64,000 nt of DNA. Origin: Cyanophora paradoxa CCMP329. Its lineage: Eukaryota; Plantae; Glaucophyta. Numbering within the stretch: position 1 is the first letter of the stretch; each line of letters opens with the position of its first letter. The notes below the pieces were generated by a model, which was not told the origin of the DNA, did not search any database, and was given only the letters and a program-made list of their open reading frames with translations. The translations under genes were made by a program, and so were the position numbers. Positions 57,745-64,000 of the stretch are shown piece by piece. The stretch covers positions 201,662 to 265,661 of the forward strand of contig QPMI01000116.1 in the NCBI GenBank assembly GCA_004431415.1, written 5' to 3'.

Positions 57745-60700
57745 TTAATTAAAAGGAACAGAATTAATACCATCTGGTAAGATGTATCTCTTTGCATCAA
57801 AGCAGTTTAGGGCAACCCTTCTACTCACAGTATCTATTATTGTGTGATCTGCCCTTCTCTTCTGCTTTGCAGTCACAGTCTTGCTGATACCTGCAAATAA
57901 ACACTCCTTAAAATCATTGAATTGGAGTTCCTCAGTGGAAGTCCCAGATAGCTTACTTCTCTCAATCTCAGCTGTTCTGAAACTGTAAACTTTGGCTCTC
58001 AGACCTACATACTCCAATATAGCAGAACCTGGCATCTCATTTTTGTATTTACCTGGGGTCATTCTTGAATCACCTCCAAGGTCTAATGCATAGGATATAT
58101 TCTCTATATCTGTTTCAAGGTCTTAGATTCGATGTATAGACAAAAGGAATCAGTATCATGGAATAGTAACTTGGCTTTGGACCACTGGGACCTCACAGTA
58201 TCATAGAAGAACTTGTAATTATGCAGTTTGGCTGCATCCAAAACATAAGCCCCAATTGCAACAGGCTTATCTAGCTTCACATGCTTTGTGTAAAACTCAA
58301 AGGCAACTGCCCTTTCACTTATGGGACTTGTTGATTTCACTAAAGGAGAGGCTGCATATTTCATAAACAGTTTCTCACTGTTGGCAATCTTAACCACAGA
58401 TCTACCTCTACATGATTCAATGCATTTCCCATAGATTGAGTTATTCATGAGTTTATAGAAATCAGCCTCGAATTTATTCACTGCTTTCCTTCTCATATCA
58501 GTGTTCAGCTCAATGTAGGGTTTCATTACAGGAGCCACAGTAAATGATAGGACCCTGTGAACCTTCTTTAGTTTCACACCTTTGGTCAGAATATACTGTA
58601 GAAGAGGCTCAGAAATCACATAGTTTGTCACAGAACCAAAGGTTGCAGTTAGCTTAGGGGTCTTATCAAGCTCTTCTCCTGAGAGATCCAATAGGCTCTT
58701 TTGATATTGTGATAATTCTGCATATTCTACTATTTTCTTGTTTATAATTAGGGGGAAATCACTGTGATCTAGAAACAGCCTAATTGGGTAATCCAGATCA
58801 ACTTCCAGGAAACTGGATCTGTTATCTTGTGGGTTGAATTCGGTCTCCCATCTAAAATCACCAACTGGAATAGGCTGACTCAAGCAGTAGCCATACAAGT
58901 TGTTAGCATCAAACAGCATAATATGGGAGTTCTCACCATCAGCCTCAGCATACCTACAAGGCATTGTTGCAAAGCCACCCCTGATTCCCCTCTCAACAAA
59001 TTCATATTGCTCTACATCACTGATGAGTTCTATTTTTGCCTTGGTGGTCCTTAACATAGCATCCCAAGATAGCCCAGGTGCAGATACATAATGAACTGGG
59101 TCAAGTCCATATACTGAGTGTGAAAGCCTTCTGAAGGCTTGGAATTTGTTCATTAACTCAGTCACATCAGCAGCTCCGAAATCCATGAAATTGCTTGCAT
59201 CAATGAACTTGTAAAGACCCCATTGCAATGAAAGGTATTGATCAAAGTTTTTCGAAAGGATTTCGATTCGCTTTTTATCACCCATGCCTGCTATTTTTCT
59301 GAAAATGAATGTCCCACAGTCATCCATTTGATCAACAACAACTGCAACTTTGGTTTGCTTTGAGATTCTCCTATGGAGATTGCAGTTTCTGCATGCAGGG
59401 GCAATGTAATGACCTGTGTGGTGATCATGATCTCTGCATTTGAAGTTCTCCTTGGTGAACCTCTCACTGCAAAGGTAACAGTGTTTAGTAGCCCTGTAAA
59501 CAGCCTTTTGCTCATCTGTGAGTTCATTCATGGGAATATTGGTAAACAGAAAATCGATTAGTTCTCTTGCTTTGGACTCCAAGCATTCAAACAGACCTCC
59601 CATTGGATCCTGACCCTCAAATCGAAACTCCTGAACATCTGCCCCAGTGACTACTCTCAGGTTGACTGCTGAGACTTCTCTCTTGGATTTTGATGCATCA
59701 ATGGGGATGCTTCTATGTTCAATCTTGCAGTATACCACAACAGGAAGCCACACAGTTTTCCTGAGGTTTTTCAGTCCAAACTCTATGGTGGTCTCAGGCT
59801 TAGGAGTGATTCCCTTTGAGAGTCTCCAATCAATGCATCTGTTTGAGTCCACATGAGCAGTGAGTTTAGCCTCAGACCTGAATCGAGATAAGCATGTGTC
59901 ACAGTAGTGTAACTTTTGATCCTTGGTTTTATCAAGGGCAACTCTGAGAAGTCTTGAAAGGGACATGATTGTAATATAGTGACCATTCCCTTCATCATCA
60001 TGAATGAGCATGAGATTAATCTTTTGCTTTCTGCCTGGGTTGCTGGATTGATGTAGGGGATATATAACATCTCGATCCATTCCAAATATGTTTATGCTGA
60101 TGCCTGCATTTTGAGATTCGAATTTATCAATGATTTCAGCATCACAGGGAACAGGGAATGGGATGTTATCGAAATTGAGAGCCAGAGGATTGTATGTAGT
60201 TGGTGAGTATTTCCATTTGCGATATTGTGTTAGCTCACTTCTCTTGTGGGAATTCACATCTTTCCTATGGATCCATGCCAAAACTGCATTTTCGAAGCAA
60301 GAATCATCAATATTTCGAATATTCACTGTGGCTCTCTTGGCTGCAATTGAATCAGGTGTTTTAACATAGCAACCACCAGTTGGGGCATAACTCATAATAG
60401 CAACTCTGAGCATTTCGATTCTCTCCAATCGATAGCTATCAACAACATTCATCTGCTCCTGACACATTTGGGCTGCTTTATTCAGCTCAGTTCGAATATT
60501 TCTCGATTTGGTTAATACAAAATAATCGCTGTAAATGTATTTCGATATCCAAACCTGTGGATTGCTGACTTTTACGAACTTGCAGATAAACGATAAGCGA
60601 ACTTTGATTGCCCTGAATTGATCTAGACTGTCTCTTAAACGTTTTGGTAGAGAGGTTGCAATTCTATCTAAATATTCAATCACATCAACAACAACTTCCC

Positions 60701-60988
60701 TTCTGGCTCTGTAAGTGAGCCAGCGATATAATTCATTCATTGCTGTACCATCTTCTGCCTCTGGTTCTATTTGCCTCAGGCGATCGAGTTCATCAAGAGT
60801 TTCAACTTTATCATAGAGGTTATTGGCTTTTCTGGTTAATTTCGCTAAAGTGGGTCTGCCCTTGAAATAAATCCGATTTCCCGGTCATATTCAGCCTCTG
60901 TAATTTCATGGGCTGCATACAGTGTTCCCAGTAATCCCATGAGTTCCCATTTCTTCTCTCTAATGAGTCTGTTGCTAATTCGGGGCAT
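57745..60988 (-). CDS. polB: Protein-primed family B DNA polymerase (Polinton type) with Zn-finger and endonuclease-VII-like insert; two apparent frameshifts
   Basis: Motifs FDANNLYG, KLMNNSIYGK and HDTDS are present, and GKYKNE..EYVGLRAKVYS lies in ORF 57745..58062. Also present are an endoVII-like CYLC..CRDHDHHTGHYIAPACRNCN, a C2H2-like CDTC..H, and an N-terminal VNIRNIDDSCF block. Single-base shifts near 58125 and 60880 link the three pieces. Confidence 0.9.
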
Positions 60989-61057
60989 AGTTCCTAACTT
61001 GTTCCTACTAAAAGGGGAGGTTTTAAATGGGGATATTCCGAACGCAAAAATTTGATG

Positions 61058-61096
61058 AAAACTACTTAAAGAAATATCTTCTATATATATAAAAGG
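61058..61096 (+). promoter_or_regulatory. Conserved element promoter-like motif, copy 1
   Basis: AAAACTACTTAAAGAAATATCTTCTATATATATAAAAGG ends 3 nt before the ATG at 61100. Confidence 0.75.
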
Positions 61097-61099
61097 ACA

Positions 61100-61917
61100 A
61101 TGGCAGAGAACAAAGCAACATCTTCTCTGGAACGCTTGAAGGCTACATTAATGTTTCTTTGTGGATCTAATAACTTTAAAGACTTTGTCGCTTTGGGGAG
61201 AAGCAAATATATGAACTCTTTGTATTTGAAACTTGCAAAGTATGATTTGACTCACGAAAGCCTTCCTCCACACTCAAACAGCTGTGCTTGCAAGCATCAT
61301 ATTGAAGAACAATGCTACATCTTGCATGTGGATAAAAAGATTGTGGTTCTTGTTGGCAACTGCTGCATTAAACGATTTATGCCAAATGGTGCAAGGAGGA
61401 AGATATATGCAAGAAATGCGGAGATCGACATAAAAACCGTAAGGATAATTTCTGCAATAAGTGCAGGATTATCATAAAGGAGGAGGAATTGGAAAGAAAA
61501 AAGCAAATCCAGAAAGAAGCAGAGGAGCGAAAGAAACAACTTGAATTAGAAGAAAGAGAGCGAAGGCAGAGAGAATTAGAACAAGAAAGAGCAAGGAATA
61601 GACATGCAGTTAATCTTTTCCTGATTTGGTGCAACCAGTTCATTCCAAAAATGGATAATCTTCGCAGAGATGATATAGAGAGGTTCAGAGAGGGTAGATC
61701 TGCATTGATTGAAATGTATGCAGAACTCAGTACAACAAACACATTGGTTGCTGGGTTTCAGGTGCCTTTTCTTAAAAAAGATATCGCAAAAGGATTAGAT
61801 TGCAGATGGAATAAGGACAAGAAAACATGGGAGACCTTGGAAATCGAACCATTTGTAGCATTGCTAGGTAAGCATTTCAAACTTATGTATATTGAGAGAT
61901 TTGGACAGAGAGGTTAA
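61100..61917 (+). CDS. Cys/His-rich (Zn-ribbon-like) + coiled-coil + DUF5710-like protein, one frameshift
   Basis: CACKHHIEEQCYI..VGNCCIKRF, then via a shift at ~61405 CKKCGDRHKNRKDNFCNKC, in frame with ORF 61489..61917. The C-terminal VPFLKKDIAKGLDCRWNKDKKTW resembles DUF5710 (VP..EKD.AK.LGARWD...K.W). Confidence 0.7.
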
Positions 61918-61930
61918 AGAACAAAAAATG

Positions 61931-61958
61931 ACTTAAAGAATTCTCTATATATATTAAG
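61931..61958 (+). promoter_or_regulatory. Conserved element promoter-like motif, copy 2
   Basis: ACTTAAAGAATTCTCTATATATATTAAG upstream of the ATG at 61974. Confidence 0.7.
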
Positions 61959-61973
61959 AGAGACAGAGGAAAA

Positions 61974-62252
61974 ATGCCACTCAGTGAAGCCCAGAAGAGA
62001 GCTATGAAGAGGTACCAGCAAACTGAAAAAGGTAAGGCTCAAATCAAAAAGTTTAACGAAAAAATAGCCACACAGCTAAGAGATCTATATCAAACCGATG
62101 ATACCTATAGAGCCATGAAAATAGCAAGTTCATGTCAGCGAAAGTATGCAGCCAATGCAGTCTGCTTTGTCAAATATTTGTATGATGTCCTTACTCAAAC
62201 AGAGGGAGAAAATCGAAACATGTCTAAATTATTTTTCCCAGCATATTACTAG
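61974..62252 (+). CDS. Small basic hypothetical viral protein
   Basis: 92-aa ORF starting MPLSEAQKRAMKRYQQTEKGK, preceded by the conserved motif. Confidence 0.65.
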   Translation: MPLSEAQKRAMKRYQQTEKGKAQIKKFNEKIATQLRDLYQTDDTYRAMKIASSCQRKYAANAVCFVKYLYDVLTQTEGENRNMSKLFFPAYY

Positions 62253-62382
62253 GCTGGGGATATGCTGTTTATTCGCTGAAATACCAATTCATCCTTTTTG
62301 TATCTGAACCACTCGATATATCATGTGGATAAATTTCGTAGGGATACTTTCTCGATTTCCAACAAAAAATGATTGGGGACCC

Positions 62383-62420
62383 AAAACTACTTAAAGAAAA
62401 TCTTCTATATATATAAAAGG
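62383..62420 (+). promoter_or_regulatory. Conserved element promoter-like motif, copy 3
   Basis: AAAACTACTTAAAGAAAATCTTCTATATATATAAAAGG upstream of the ATG at 62437. Confidence 0.75.
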
Positions 62421-62436
62421 GACCCCAATCGCTGAA

Positions 62437-64000
62437 ATGAACGCCAAACAGACCAAGTTAATCAAATCGCTCGCTAACTGGCTTCGTTCTGATGAGGAAC
62501 TCGCCAAAAACATGATTATCCAGTGAAACCTGACAGCAAAGACCCAGTTTTCAAGCATAAGGGAGGTGCTTGGTCCTGGGAAAAGTATGAGGAAGCGCTG
62601 GCAACTAATCAGTATGTATCTTGGGGCATTCTGCTCTCAGACAACATGATGGTTATTGACTTTGATGATGAGGAGAACTTTGAGAAATTCCGGGATATGT
62701 TTCCTGATGACTTTGATGCCAATCAGCCCATGGCAAAACTAAAAAAGGCTATCATGTCTACTTTAAACGACCTGAGGAGTTCACTAAACTCAAATCACCG
62801 ATAAGGCTCCAGGCTTTAAGGCTTTGAAAAGGTTGACCTGAAACAATCACTGGAACTGGAACTTCTGGATTAATTAATGTTTGTCCAGTGTCAACAAGAC
62901 CTGGGTAATTGCTCCATGGGATGATACCTGTGATTTCAATGAGCCTACTGATGAGTTTAAAAAGTGGATTGCAGAGAACTATATCTATAAGAGTGAGTAT
63001 ACTGCTAATGCTACCTCACATGATGCATTGAAAAGAGTATTCTTAAAGAGCTGGTGGATATGGGCTTTATGCATCCCAATATAATCTCTCAAACTGAACT
63101 GGGCTTTAACTTTGATGCTGCTAATAAGGGACTTAATTGCCCATGCTGCAATGGTCCCATGAATCGAATAACTGGTATGTTATGAAAGCCAAAGGAGAAG
63201 ATAAAAAGTATATTGTGTCCAGCTACAGTGGCAATTGCAAAAAACGATTTATCTTCATTGGAATGCAATCTGATATCTTCAATCTCATTGATTCCGCTGG
63301 TTCTGGAGGCGCTCATTATGATGTCAGTCTTGTGTGCAAAGAGGTCTACAACATACTTGGAGATACTCCAAAAAGTCATGGTTCAAACTCAATACTGATA
63401 CTGGGATTTGGGAGCATGATGACACAAACCAAAAGATTTACCTAGACATAGTTGCCTTGTTGTCCCTCAATACCTTGGCAGGGCTGTGCATTATAGCCAA
63501 AGAGCTTTGAAGGATGAAGAGAATAGAACAGCTTTCGAAGAGAAATCGAAAACATTAATTTCTATTGCCAAAAATCTTAAACAATCAGGATATCGCAAAT
63601 CCCTTCTGACTGATCTGCTCCCTCTGCTGAATGATGATGAATTCTATGAAAGATTGATACAGTTCCATATGTAATTGGATTCGATAATGGTGTATTTGAT
63701 CTGACAACTATGACTTTCAGAAAGGGGAAACTGGAAGATATGGTGAGCAAGAGTGTGGGTTATGATTATACTGAGAATGTAGACCCCAAGAAAGTAGACC
63801 ATCTCAATCAGATTTATAGAGAGATTGTAGATGATCCAGCAGAGCGAAACTACCTTCTGGCATCTATTGCAATTGCCCTCAGTGGATCAACAAAATCACA
63901 GAAGTTCTACATGTGGACTGGTGCTGGTGCAAATGGTAATCACTTGTTCAGGAATACTGCAAACAGATTCAGGGGCTTATTATAGCCCTCTCGAAATATC
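62437..64000 (+). pseudogene. Bifunctional primase-polymerase (Prim-Pol) fused to D5-like SF3 helicase, multiply frameshifted, truncated by the window end
   Basis: Prim-Pol motifs PVKPDSKDP, WGILLSDNMMVIDFD and KTKKGYHVYFKRP. D5_N-like IGFDNGVFDLTTMTFRKGKLEDMVSKSVGYDY. Start of Walker A at FYMWTGAGANG (~63905-63940). Confidence 0.85.

Larger units (their letters stand above)
54717..64000. mobile_element. Endogenous Polinton/Maverick-like (Polinton-like virus) element, left portion
   Basis: Sharp GC-rich to AT-rich transition at 54717, compact intronless ORFs, an rve integrase next to a protein-primed PolB, and a Prim-Pol/D5 helicase. The element runs off the window end. Confidence 0.9.

Noticed and set aside
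54717-64000. Bacterial or phage contaminant, or LTR retrotransposon
   Set aside because: No RT, gag or LTRs are seen. The integrase plus pPolB pairing is Polinton-type and the boundary coincides with a structured terminus. A chimeric join cannot be fully excluded without reads.

Overview
Eukaryotic (protist-type) genomic window with two compartments. Bases 1 to ~54716 are very GC-rich host DNA with many short (~60-80 bp) spliceosomal introns, several apparently GC-AG. The style is reminiscent of glaucophyte or other GC-rich protist genomes, but that assignment is inference only. Host genes: an F-box/LRR gene, two hypothetical minus-strand genes, two paralogous EF-hand-like genes, a secreted protein with two tandem beta-rich domains, a large protein ending in a catalytically dead AMSH-type MPN domain, and a >22 kb giant single-pass surface-protein gene (PKD, IPT/TIG, REJ, Ig-like repeats, Ser-Pro stalk, transmembrane helix). 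At 54717 the DNA switches abruptly to AT-rich and intronless. This is the left ~9.3 kb of an endogenous Polinton/Maverick-like DNA virus, apparently inserted inside a coding exon of the giant gene. It carries an rve integrase, a protein-primed PolB with an eroded proofreading domain, a Cys/His-rich plus DUF5710-like ORF, a small basic ORF and a Prim-Pol/D5 helicase. It also has a shared promoter-like motif and a 1.6 kb terminal region built from inverted repeats. No capsid or packaging genes are visible, and the element continues beyond the window. Exon boundaries and family assignments were read by eye, without database searches.
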